Position numbers and translations under genes: made by a program
In this document: piece after piece, positions 51,586-64,000 of the stretch
How the letters are laid out: each line of letters opens with the position of its first letter
Position numbering within the stretch: position 1 is the stretch's first letter
The notes under the pieces: generated by a model
Database searches by the model: none
What the model was told of the DNA's origin: nothing
The model's input: the letters and a program-made list of their open reading frames with translations, nothing else
Assembly (NCBI GenBank): GCA_964016885.1
Contig: OZ024743.1
Span: forward strand, 306,962,001 to 307,026,000
Reading direction: 5' to 3'
DNA from: Eledone cirrhosa
Taxonomy: Eukaryota
DNA length: 64,000 bases

Positions 51586-52251
51586 CAATCCGTAGAAAAG
51601 ATAGCCCCGATAATAAACACATTAAAAGCTACAGTAAAGTTGAAGACATACATATACATAATATGAAACCCCAATAAAATGCAGGTATAACAGACCAGAT
51701 ATGATATGGGACAGGGAGAAGAAGGCATGCACAGTAGTGGAAATTAGCTGTCCAGCAGATGCCAATATAATATCAAAGATTGGCGAAAAGGAGAATATTT
51801 ATGCAGAACTGATGAGAAATCTGCAGATACTCCACCCTGATTACACCTTCAGATTTATGCCTGTGATTATTGGGGCACTGGGATATGTTAGTAACTGCCT
51901 CAATACAAATCTTGAGAAGCTAGGCTTCACAGAAACAGAAAGAACACAACTAGTTAAGAAATTACAAGTACAATCCATTAATGGAACAGTAAAAATATGT
52001 AAAACATTCCAAAAATGTTGCATCTAATAACTGCATATACACATGTACAGATACAAAGCGTATGCACATGCACACATACAACTCAAAACATACACATCCA
52101 CACATACAATAACATCCATATCTACACATGCAGACATACATACAGATCTACCTAGTTGATGTGTAAATTCCAACGAGAGAGTCTTGTGTCTATGTTAGAA
52201 ACCGACTCTCTCTCTATTGGCAAAAATTTGTGAAATTATATAACCAGAAGA
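51586..52251 (+). mobile_element. 5'-truncated RLE-type (R4-like) LINE flanked by (CATA)n
   Basis: IWDREKKACTVVEISCPAD...EKENIY...PVIIGALG...GTVKICKTF and a 3' UTR. (ACAT)n at 51505-51585 and 52252-52327. Confidence 0.8.
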
Positions 52252-52298
52252 ACATACATACATACATACATACATACATACATGCATACATACATACA

Positions 52299-52329
<31 letters not shown>

Positions 52330-52391
52330 GCGCTCACAAGTGTATGTGTGTTAGAAAGACAGAGGGAGAGAGAGAGCTTTAACATATTTGT

Positions 52392-52870
52392 CTATGTTCG
52401 TTGATTAGGATTGGTGATGGAATCTTTATTTCTAGCACAGAATATTTTTGTGCTGTCTTCTGTCTGGATGTGTTGTATAACAACATTGATCTTTTTTGTA
52501 ATTTCAATTATCATCCTCATATCTACCCTTCTCATATTCATTCGGTTTCTTTCTTCTGGAACATTCACCAAATCTATAAGCCGTCTACGTAACTCAAACA
52601 ACTCATCATTAATTCATTAATTTACTTTCAGACATCTCAAATATGCTCTTTTCTATCCAAATGTCCACCACTTCCTTCCAATTTTGCTCCTCCATATCAT
52701 TTAATCAGTGTAGTGTACTCTTCCTTCGTCCATTTCTGTCTATCTGCGCGGACATTCTGTATGTGATCTGTTGCTTGGTAACGACTGTCCGGAGCCAGAT
52801 CACTTCTCCTGTTGCTGGGGGCTCTAAACATGCCGGGTGAGGAACCTTCCCCGTGATTGGTTCTAGCCTC
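52392..52870 (-). mobile_element. Probable R4/Dong-type LINE N-terminal remnant
   Basis: RQKWTKEEY and ITKKINVVIQHIQTED resemble the R4-clade N-terminal region. Decayed. Confidence 0.45.
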
Positions 52871-52907
52871 ATTGATGCCATTTATTTCATTTATTTCATT
52901 GATGCCA

Positions 52908-53085
52908 TGGCAGTATCGGTAGAGGTCGGACGCCATGCTTTGCAGCACAGAGTTACGCTCTTTATGGTCTGAGTTCAAATCCCGCCGAGGTTAACTTTGC
53001 TTTTCATCCTTACGGGGTCGATAAAATAAAGTACCAGTGATGCACTGGGATAATTGCTGGCCGTGTGCCAATAGTAGAAACAATT
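52908..53085 (+). mobile_element. tRNA-derived SINE
   Basis: Homolog of 58906-59095. Confidence 0.85.
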
Positions 53086-53089
53086 TTTT

Positions 53090-53935
53090 ATTTTATTGAT
53101 ACCATTATTTATTTCATTGATACCATTATTTATTTAATTGATGCCATTATTTATCTAATTGGTGCCATTATTTATTTAATTGATGCCATTATTTATCTAA
53201 TTGGTGCCATTATTTAATTGGTGCCATTATTTATCTAATTGGTGCCATTATTTAATTGGTGCCATTATTTATTTCATTGATACCATTATTTATTTAATTG
53301 ATGCCATTATTTATCTAATTGGTGCCATTATTTATTTAATTGATGCCATTATTTATCTAATTGGTGCCATTATTTATTTAATTGATGCCATTATTTATTT
53401 AATTGATGCCATTATTTATTTAATTGATGCCATTATTTATCTAATTGGTGCCATTATTTAATTGGTGCCATTATTTATTTCATTGATACCATTATTTATT
53501 TAATTGATGCCATTATTTATCTAATTGGTGCCATTATTTATTTAATTGATGCCATTATTTATCTAATTGGTGCCATTATTTAATTGGTGCCATTATTTAT
53601 TTAATTGATGCCATTATTTATCTAATTGGTGCCATTATTTATTTAATTGATGCCATTATTTATCTAATTGGTGCCATTATTTAATTGGTGCCATTATTTA
53701 TTTCATTGATACCATTATTTATTTAATTGATGCCATTATTTATTTAATTGATGCCATTATTTATTTAATTGATGCCATTATTTATCTAATTGGTGCCATT
53801 ATTTATTTCATTGATACCGTTATTTATTTAATTGATACCGTTATTTATTTCATTGACGCCATTATTTATTTAATTGGTGCCATTATTTATTTAATTGACG
53901 CCATTATTCATTTTATTGGTGCCATTATTTTATTA
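53090..53935. repeat. 21 bp minisatellite (TGATGCCATTATTTATTTAAT with 17 bp variants)
   Basis: About 40 units, starting at the SINE 3' tail. Confidence 0.93.
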
Positions 53936-53944
53936 TTGAAATTC

Positions 53945-54036
53945 CATTTTACACAAAAGTCCCACACTGTATCGTTCTGTACCGTCTTTAATGTCTCCTT
54001 AATGTGAGCCCGGTGTGGCTAATAAAGAAATCATTA
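53945..54036 (+). mobile_element. 3'-terminal fragment of the Tx1 copy-2 family
   Basis: CCCACACTGTATCGTTCTGTACCGTC...GTGGCTAATAAAGAAATCATTATT matches the reverse complement of 16433-16535. Confidence 0.7.
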
Positions 54037-54211
54037 TTGTTTTGCATCATGATTCCAGGGGAGTGGTTTGTGGGTCATTTTCCCTCTCTACTGACGTTTT
54101 TATTGGGACACCATCTCTATATAACCTGCCTGGCCATGCTAAAGCGTGTCTTTATCATTATCATTATCAACATTATCACCACCACCATCATTATCAGTAC
54201 TACCGTTATAA

Positions 54212-54627
54212 TAATTGTTTCTACTTTTGACACAGCAAGTATTTCAGTGTATTACTGGTGCTTTATTTTATCGACCTCGTAAGGATGAAAGGCAAAGTTA
54301 ACCTCGGCGGGATTTAAACTCAGACGATAAAGGGCCGTAACTCTTTGCTGCAAAGCATAGCGTCAGACCCTCTACCGATACTGCCAATCCACCGTTATAA
54401 TAATAATTATTATTATTATTTCTACTTTAAGCACAAGGCCAGTGATTTGAAGGGAATGGGAAAGTCGATTAAATCGATCTCAATGTATTACTGGGGCTTT
54501 ATTTTAGCGACCCCGTAACGATGAAAGGCAAAGCTAACCTCGGTGGAATTTGAAACCAGAATGTAAAGGGCTGTAACTCTATGCCGCATGGCATATTGTC
54601 CGACCCTCTACCGATACTGCCAATCCA
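54212..54627 (-). mobile_element. Two tandem tRNA-derived SINEs (54212-54394, 54418-54627)
   Basis: Each has the complement of GGATTGGCAGTATCGGTAGAGGGTC, a B box and the family core. Confidence 0.85.
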
Positions 54628-54644
54628 TAATAATAGTAAATACA

Positions 54645-54676
54645 CACAACAACAACAACAACAACAACAACAACAG

Positions 54677-54715
<39 letters not shown>

Positions 54716-54731
54716 ACAACAACAACAACAG

Positions 54732-54764
<33 letters not shown>

Positions 54765-54809
54765 CCAACAACAACAGCAACAACAACAACAACAACAACA
54801 GCAACAACA

Positions 54810-54844
<35 letters not shown>

Positions 54845-54876
54845 AGCAACAACAACAACATCAACAACAACAACAA
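54645..54876. repeat. (AAC)n microsatellite
   Basis: Direct inspection. Confidence 0.95.
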
Positions 54877-57800
54877 AATATGACCTGACGACATGAAATT
54901 AGGAATAACAAAAACTGCATAATTAATAAACAGCCAAAATATGACAAACATTGGTCGTCGCCATCATTACCAGCATTATATCGCCATTACCATTACCAGC
55001 ATTATATCGCCATTACCATTACCATTACCATTATCATTATCATTACCATTACCATTATCATTACCATTACCATTATCATTACCATTACCATTATCATTAC
55101 CATTACCATTACCATTATCATTACCATTATCATTATCATTACCATTACCATTATCATTACCATTATCATTACCATCATTATCATTACCATTATCATTACC
55201 ATTATCATTACCATTACCATTATCATTACCATCATTATCATTACCATCATTATCATTACCATTATCATTACCATTACCATTACCATTATCATTATCATTA
55301 CCATTACCATTATCATTACCATTATCATTACCATCATTATCATTACCATTATCATTACCATTACTATTACCATTATCATTACCATCAGTATCATTACCAT
55401 TACCATTACCATTACCATTATCATTATTATTACCATTACCATTATCATTACCATTACCATTATCATTACCATTATCATTACCATTATCATTACCATTATC
55501 ATTACCATTACCATTACCATTATCATTACCATTATCATTACCATTACCATTTTCATTACCATTATCATTACCATTATCATTACCATTATCATTACCATCA
55601 TTATCATTACCATTACCATTACCATTATCATTATCATTACCATTACCATTATCATTACCATTATCATTACCATCATTATCATTACCATTACCATTACCAT
55701 TATCATTACCATTACCATCATTATCATTATCATTACCATTATCATTATCATTACCATTACCATTACCATTATCATTACCATTACCATTACCATTATCATT
55801 ACCATTACCATTATCATTACCATCATTATCATTACCATTATCATTACCATTACCATTATCATTTCCATTATCATTATCATTACCATTACCATTACCATTA
55901 TCATTACCATTATTATTACCATTACCATTATCATTATCATTACCATTATCATTATCATTATCATTACCATTACCATTATCATTGCCATTATCATTACCAT
56001 TACCATTATCATTACCATTACCATTATCATTACCATTGCCATTACCATTATCATTACCATTACCATTATCATTATCATTACCATTATCAGTATCATTACC
56101 ATTATCATTACCATTATCATTACCATTATCATTACCATCATTATCATTACCATTACCCTAATCATTATCATTACCATTACCATTACCACTATCATTATCA
56201 TTGCCATTACCATTATCATTACCATTATCATTATCATTACTATTACAATTATCATTACCATTACCATTATCATTATCATTACCATTACCATTACCATTAT
56301 CACTACCATTACCATTATCATTACCATTATCATTACCATTACCATTATCATTACCATTACCATTATCATTACCATTACCGTTATCATTACCATTATTATC
56401 ATTACCATTATCATTACCATTATCATTACCATTATCATTCCCATTATCATTATCATTATCATTACCATTACCATCATTATCATTACCATTACCATTACCA
56501 TCATTACCATTACCATTACCATTACCATTATCATTACCATTATCATAACCATAATTGTCATTAACATTATCATTATTATCATTATCATTACCATTGTCAT
56601 TATCATTACCATTATCATTATCATTACCATTACCATTACCATTTCCATTACCATTATCATTACCATCATTATCATTACCATTATCATTACCATTACCATT
56701 ACCATTATCATTACCATTACCATTATCATTACCATCATTATCATTACCATTACCATTATCATTTCCATTATCATTATCATTACCATTATCATTACCATTA
56801 CCATTATCATTACCATCATTATCATTACCATTATCATTACCATTACCATTATCATTTCCATTATCATTATCATTACCATTACCATTACCATTACCATTAT
56901 CATTACCATCATTATCATTACCATTACCATTACCATTACCATTATCATTATCATTACCATTATCATTGCCATTATCATTACCATTACCATTATCATTACC
57001 ATTATCATTACCATTACCATTATCATTACCATTACCATTATCATTACCATTACCATTATCATTATCATTACCATTATCAGTATCATTACCATTATCATTA
57101 CCATTACCATTATCATTACCATTATCATTACCATCATTATCATTACCATTACCCTAATCATTATCATTACCATTACCATTACCATTATCATTATCATTGC
57201 CATTACCATTATCATTACCATTATCATTACCATTACCATTACCATTACCATTATCATTACCATCATTATCATTACCATTATCATTACCATTACCATTATC
57301 ATTACCATCATTATCATTACCATTATCATTACCATTACCATTATCATTTCCATTATCATTATCATTACCATTACCATTATCATTACCATTATCATTACCA
57401 TCATTATCATTACCATTATCATTACCATTACCATTATCATTTCCATTATCATTATCATTACCATTACCATTACCATTACAATTATCATTACCATCATTAT
57501 CATTACCATTACCATTACCATTATCATTATCATTACCATTATCATTACCATTATCATTACCATTACCATTATCATTACCATTACCATTATCATTACCATT
57601 ACCATTATCATTATCATTACCATTATCAGTATCATTACCATTATCATTACCATTACCATTATCATTACCATTATCATTACCATTACCCTAATCATTATCA
57701 TTACCATTACCATTACCATTATCATTATCATTGCCATTACCATTATCATTACCATTATCATTATCATTACCGTTACCATTATCATTACCATTACCATTAT

Positions 57801-58905
57801 CATTACCATTATCATTACCATTACCATTACCATTATCACTACCATTACCATTATCATTACCATTATCATTACCATTATCATTACCATTACCATTATCATT
57901 ATCATTACCATTACCATTACCATTATCATTACCATTATCATTACCATCATTATCATTGCCATTACCATTACCATTATCATTATCATTACCATTACCATTA
58001 TCATTACCATTATCATTACCATCATTATCATTACCATTACCATTACCATTACCATTACCATCATTAACATTATCATTATCATTATCATTACCATTAAATT
58101 ACCATTATCATTACCATTACCATTACCATTATCATTACCATTACCATTATCATTACCATCATTATCATTACCATTATCATTACCATTACCATTTCCATTA
58201 TCATTATCATTACCATTACCATTACCATTATCATTACCATTATTATTACCATTACCATTATCATTATCATTACCATTATCATTATCATTATCATTACCAT
58301 TATCATTACCATTATCATTACCATTATCATTACCATTACCATTATCATTACCATTACCATTACCATTATCATTACCATTACCATTATCATTATCATTACC
58401 ATTATCAGTATCATTACCATTATCATTACCATTATCATTACCATTATCATTACCATCATTATCATTACCATTACCCTAATCATTATCATTACCATTACCA
58501 TTATCATTATCATTGCCATTACCATTATCATTACCATTATCATTATCATTACCATTACCATTATCATTACCATTACCATTATCATTACCATTATCATTAC
58601 CATTACCATTACCATTATCACTACCATTACCATTATCATTACCATTATCATTACCATTATCATTACCATTACCATTATCATTACCATTACCATTATCATT
58701 ACCATTACCGTTATCATTAGCATCATTATCATTACCATTATCATTACCATTATCATTACCATTATCATTTCCATTATCATTACCATTAACATCATTACCA
58801 TTATCATTATCATTACCATTATCATTACCATAATTATCATTACCATTATCATTACCATCATTATCATTACCATTGTCATTATCATTACCATTATCATTAT
58901 CATTA

Positions 58906-59095
58906 AGCGGTGGTGGATTGGCAGTATCGGTTGAGGGTCGGACGCCATGCTTTCCAGCATAGTTACGTCCCTTTACGATCTGAGTTCAAATCCCGCCGAG
59001 GTTGACTTTGCCTTTCATCCTTACGGGGTCGATAAAATAAAGTACCAGTAATGCACTGGGTATTTGCTGGCCTTGTGCCTAATGTAGAAACAATT
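58906..59095 (+). mobile_element. tRNA-derived SINE (Meta/MESC-like core)
   Basis: TGGCAGTATCGG A box, GAGTTCAAATCCC B box and GCCTTTCATCCTTACGGGGTCGATAAAATAAAGTACCAGT core. Confidence 0.88.
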
Positions 59096-59807
59096 ATCAT
59101 TACCATTATCATTATCATTACCATTACCATTACCATTATCATTACCATTATTATTACCATTACCATTATCATTACCATTATCATTATCATTATCATTACC
59201 ATTATCATTACCATTATCATTACCATTACCATTATCATTACCATTACCATTATCATTACCATTACCATTACCATTATCATTACCATTACCATTATCATTA
59301 TCATTACCATTATCAGTATCATTACCATTATCATTACCATTATCATTACCATTATCATTACCATCATTATCATTACCATTACGCTAATCATTATCATTAC
59401 CATTACCATTACCATTATCATTATCATTGCCATTACCATTATCATTACCATTATCATTATCATTACCATTACCATTATCATTACCATTACCATTATCATT
59501 ACCATTATCATTACCATTACCATTACCATTATCACTACCATTATCATTACCATTACCATTATCATTACCATTACCATTATCATTACCATTACCGTTATCA
59601 TTAGCATCATTATCATTACCATTATCATTACCATTATCATTACCATTATCATTTCCATTATCATTATCATTATCATTACCATTAACATTATTACCATTAC
59701 CATTACCATTATCATTACCATTATCATTACCATAATTATCATTACCATTATCATTACCATCATTATCATTACCATTGTCATTATCATTACCATTATCATT
59801 ATCATTA

Positions 59808-59997
59808 AGCGGTGGTGGATTGGCAGTATCGGTAGAGGGTCGGACGCCATGCTTTCCAGCATAGTTACCTCCCTTTACGATCTGAGTTCAAATCCCGCCG
59901 AGGTTGACTTTGCCTTTCATCCTTACGGGGTCGATAAAATAAAGTACCAGTAATGCACTGGGTATTTGCTGGCCTTGTGCCTAAAGTAGAAACAATT
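59808..59997 (+). mobile_element. tRNA-derived SINE, duplicate of 58906-59095
   Basis: Only a few substitutions, offset 902 bp, same upstream satellite variants. Confidence 0.9.
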
Positions 59998-61399
59998 ATC
60001 ATTACCATTATCATTATCATTACCATTACCATTACCATTACCATTATCATCACCATCATTATCATTACCATTATCATTACCATTACCATTACCATTATCA
60101 TTACCATCATTATCATTACCATTATCATTACCATTACCATTATCATTTCCATTATCATTATCATTATCATTACCATTACCATTATCATTACCATTACCAT
60201 TATCATTACCATCATTATCATTACCATTATCATTACCATTACCATTATCATTTCCATTATCATTATCATTACCATTACCATTACCATTATCATTACCATC
60301 ATTATCATTACCATTACCATTACCATTATCATTATCATTACCATTATCATTACCATTATCATTATCATTACCATTACCATTATCATTACCATTATCATTA
60401 CCATTACCATTACCATTATCATTACCATTACCATTATCATTACCATTACCATTATCATTATCATTACCATTATCAGTATCCTTACCATTATCATTACCAT
60501 TATCATTACCATCATTATCATTACTATTATCATTATCATTACCATTATCATTATCATTACCATTGCCATAACCATTACCATTACCATCATTATCATTACC
60601 ATTACCCTAATCATTATCATTATCATTACCATTACCATTACCATTATCATTATCATTACCATTATCATTACCATTATCATTACCATTATCATTATCATTA
60701 CCATTACCATTATCATTACCATTACCATTATCATTACCATTATCATTACCATTACCATTACCATTATCACTACCATTACCATTATCATTACCATCATTAT
60801 CATTACCATTATTATTACCATTATCATTACCATTATCATTACCATTATCATTACCATTATCATTACCATTATCATTTCCATTATCATTATCATTACCATT
60901 ACCATCATTATCATTACCATTACCATTATCATTACCATCATTACCATTATCATTACCATTACCATTATCATTACCATTATCATTACCATCATTATAATTA
61001 TCATTACCATTATCATTACCATCATTATCATTATCATTACCATTATCATTACCATTATCATTAACATTACCATCATTATCATTACCATTATCATTACCAT
61101 CATTACCATTATCATTACCATTATCATTACCATTATCATTACCATTACCATCATTATCATTACCATTATCATTACCATTATCATTACCATTATCATTACC
61201 ATTACCTCCATTATCATTACCATTATCATTACCATTACCTCCATTATCATTACCATTATCATTATCATGACCATCATTATCATTACCATTATCATTACCA
61301 TTATCCTTACCATCATTATCATTACCATCAATATCATTACCATCATTATATCATTATCATTACCATCATCATCATTACCATTACCATCATTATTATTTA

Positions 61400-61680
61400 A
61401 GGCCCCAATCGGTCACAAACGACATGGTGTTGCACCTAGAAAGTTCCCCTCCAAGGCACAAGTCCGGGCACATTTGTTTTGTGGAAGACCAGTAGTCCCC
61501 CATGTATACCAGCCTCCCCTCTCCATGTCACCAATGTTGTCCAAGGAAAAGGCAATGACCGATACAACTGGACACCAGTGACACCGCAACACATTTCTAC
61601 AGCTGAGTAAACTGGAGCAACGTCAAATAAAGTGTCTTGCTCAAGGACACAACATATCACCCGGTCTGAGAATCGAACAT
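61400..61680 (-). mobile_element. SINE, 5'-truncated, core related to 37440-37720
   Basis: Minus strand has the B box GTTCGATTCTC, then GTTGTGTCCTTGAGCAAGACACTT...CAGTTTACTCAGCTG. Confidence 0.7.
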
Positions 61681-61959
61681 CATTACCATCATCATTATCA
61701 CCATCATCACCATCGCAATCAACTCCATCATCACCATCACCATCACCATCGTCATCGTCATCACCATCACCATTCATCATCACCATCACATCACCATCAA
61801 CTCCATCATCACATCACCATCACCATCGCCATCGTCACCATCATCACCATAACCATCACCATTCTCACCATCATCATCATCACCATCACCATCATCATCA
61901 CCACCACCAACATCATCATCATCAAACACGACGACAACACCAACGAAGTAAAATTGAGC

Positions 61960-62280
61960 AGACAACAACAACAACAACAACAACAGAAGTAACAGCCACA
62001 ACAACAACAACAACAGAAGTAACAGCCACAACAACAACAACAACAGAAGTAACAGCCACAACAACAACAACATAAGTAACAGACACAACAACAACAACAA
62101 CAGAAGTAACAGCCACAACAACAACAACAGAAGTAACAGCCACAACAACAACAACAGAAGTAACAACCACAACAACAACAACAGAAGTAACAGCCACAAC
62201 AACAACAACAACAGAAGTAACAGCCACAACAACAACAACAACAGCAACAGAAGTAACAGCCACAACACATCAACAACAAC
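61960..62280. repeat. 27-33 bp minisatellite (ACA)n-GAAGTAACAGCC
   Basis: About 10 units. Confidence 0.9.
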
Positions 62281-62329
62281 GAAGAAAATTTCAACTGGCG
62301 ACACGAAATTAACATCATCTGCAGCACCC

Positions 62330-63750
62330 CCATCACCACCACAACCTCCACCACCACCCCTACCACCACAACTACCACTACAGCCATCACCTCCACCACC
62401 ACAACTACCATTATAACAACAGCCACCACCACCTTTACCACCACAACTACCACTACAGCCATCACCTCCACCACCACAACTACCACTATAACAACCACCA
62501 CCATTACCACCACAACCTCCACCACCACAACTACCATTATTACCACCACCACCACCCCTACCACCACAACTACCACTACAGCCATCACCTCCACCACCAC
62601 AACTACCACTATAACAACCACCACCATTACCACCACAACCTCCACCACCATAACTACCATTATTACAACCACCACCACCACCCCTACCACCACAACTACC
62701 ACTACAGCCATCACCTCCACCACCACAACTACCACTATAACAACCACCACCATTACCACCACAACCTCCACCACCACAACTACCATTATTACCACCACCA
62801 CCACCCCTACCACCACAACTACCACTACAGCCATCACCTCCACCACCACAACTACCACTATAACAACCACCACCATTACCACCACAACCTCCACCACCAT
62901 AACTACCATTATTACAACCACCACCACCACCCCTACCACCACAACTACCACTACAGCCATCACCTCCACCACCACAACTACCACTATAACAACCACCACC
63001 ATTACCACCACAACCTCCACCACCACAACTACCATTATTACCACCACCACCACCCCTACCACCACAACTACCACTACAGCCATCACCTCCACCACCACAA
63101 CTACCACTATAACAACCACCACCATTACCACCACAACCTCCACCACCATAACTACCATTATTACAACCACCACCACCACCCCTACCACCACAACTACCAC
63201 TACAGCCATCACCTCCACCACCACACTACCACTACAGCCATCACCTCCACCACCACAACTACCACTATAACAACCACCACCATTACCACCACAACTTCCA
63301 CCACAACACTACCACTACAGCCATCACCTCCACCACCACAACTACCACTATAACAACCACCACCATTACCACCACAACCTCCACCACCACAACTACCATT
63401 ATTACAACCACCACCACCACCCCTACCACCACAACTACCACTACAGCCATCACCTCCACCACCACAACTACCACTATAACAGCCACCACCATTACCACCA
63501 CAACCTCCACCACCACAACTACGACTATAACAACCACCACCATTACCACCGCAACCTCCACCACCACACTACCACTACAGCCATCACCTCCACCACCACA
63601 ACTACCACTATAACAACCCCCCACCCCACCCCCACCCCCACAACTACCACTACAGCCATCACCTCCACCACCACAACTACCACTATAACAACCCCCCACC
63701 CACCACCCCCACCCCCAGAACTACCACTACAACAACAACAACCACCACCA
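62330..63750. repeat. (ACC)n-derived minisatellite with a 249 bp (126+123) higher-order repeat
   Basis: GCCATCACCT at 62581, 62707, 62830, 62956 and 63079. Confidence 0.9.
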
Positions 63751-63769
63751 TAACAGTTAGTTCACCATA

Positions 63770-63811
63770 CCGAGAACAAATTGTTTCACCTTATTCGGAT
63801 CATCAGCTCGG
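63770..63811 (-). ncRNA. Minimal type I hammerhead ribozyme motif
   Basis: Reverse complement reads CCGAG CTGATGA TCCGAATAAGGT GAA ACA-att-TGT T CTCGG, with a perfect 5 bp stem I and a GUU site. Confidence 0.82.
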
Positions 63812-64000
63812 ACCGAGCTTAAAAACGACTTAGAAAAAATTTAAATCAAAATCAAAAATTTAATCCCAAAGCGAGGAAATTGGAAAGTTCCTTAAACCCT
63901 GCAGAAGGGACTTTTAAGTCCTGAAATATTGGACAGAAAAAAGAATAACAACAACAAAAAACAAAACAAAGATTACCAGGTAACTTACTTTTCGTTACCC

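Larger units (their letters stand above)
54960..61395. repeat. 6.4 kb (CATTAC/CATTAT)n satellite with higher-order structure and two embedded SINEs
   Basis: Hexamer array in which the rare variants CAGTAT, CCCTAAT and TTTCC recur. Confidence 0.95.

Noticed and set aside
53090-53935. 21 bp repeats as CRISPR or a coding repeat (ORF 53201-53461)
   Set aside because: No spacers. The ORF is a by-product of a 21-mer lacking stops in one frame.
58906-59000. SINE heads as tRNA genes
   Set aside because: A and B boxes are present but there is no full cloverleaf, and each head continues into a shared SINE body.
54941-61581. Long ORFs (up to 1030 aa) of M/V/I, H/Y or L/P/S
   Set aside because: Translations of a hexamer satellite, open in several frames on both strands.
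61809-63699. Val-rich ORFs and a mucin-like poly-Thr frame
   Set aside because: Derived from a trinucleotide minisatellite, with no non-repetitive coding context.

Overview
Repeat-saturated animal genomic DNA. The tRNA-derived SINE types and the density of (TA)n/(CA)n/(CATA)n microsatellites suggest a mollusc, probably a cephalopod; this is inference. I found no host protein-coding gene I can support. The window holds a frameshifted CR1-type LINE, three L1/Tx1-clade LINEs (27957-33572 is full-length with open ORF1 and ORF2), RTE and R4/Dong-type fragments, many tRNA-SINEs and large satellites. It also holds two Penelope-like elements (PLEs) with RT plus C-terminal GIY-YIG, one nearly intact. 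The main unannotated signal is non-coding. By hand I can fold about 12 type I hammerhead ribozyme (HHR) motifs from several unrelated sequence families, plus truncated and decayed ones. Most sit in short inserts inside (TA)n tracts, and many of these inserts are fold-back palindromes whose axis lies in or just 5' of the ribozyme. Many also carry a GAG(YR)CT motif shortly before the 3' end. A second signal is a GGTAAGT splice-donor-like motif at the ORF1 end of all three divergent Tx1 elements. A third is that each retroelement class seems to occupy a different microsatellite. Folds were made by eye, and repeat boundaries are approximate.
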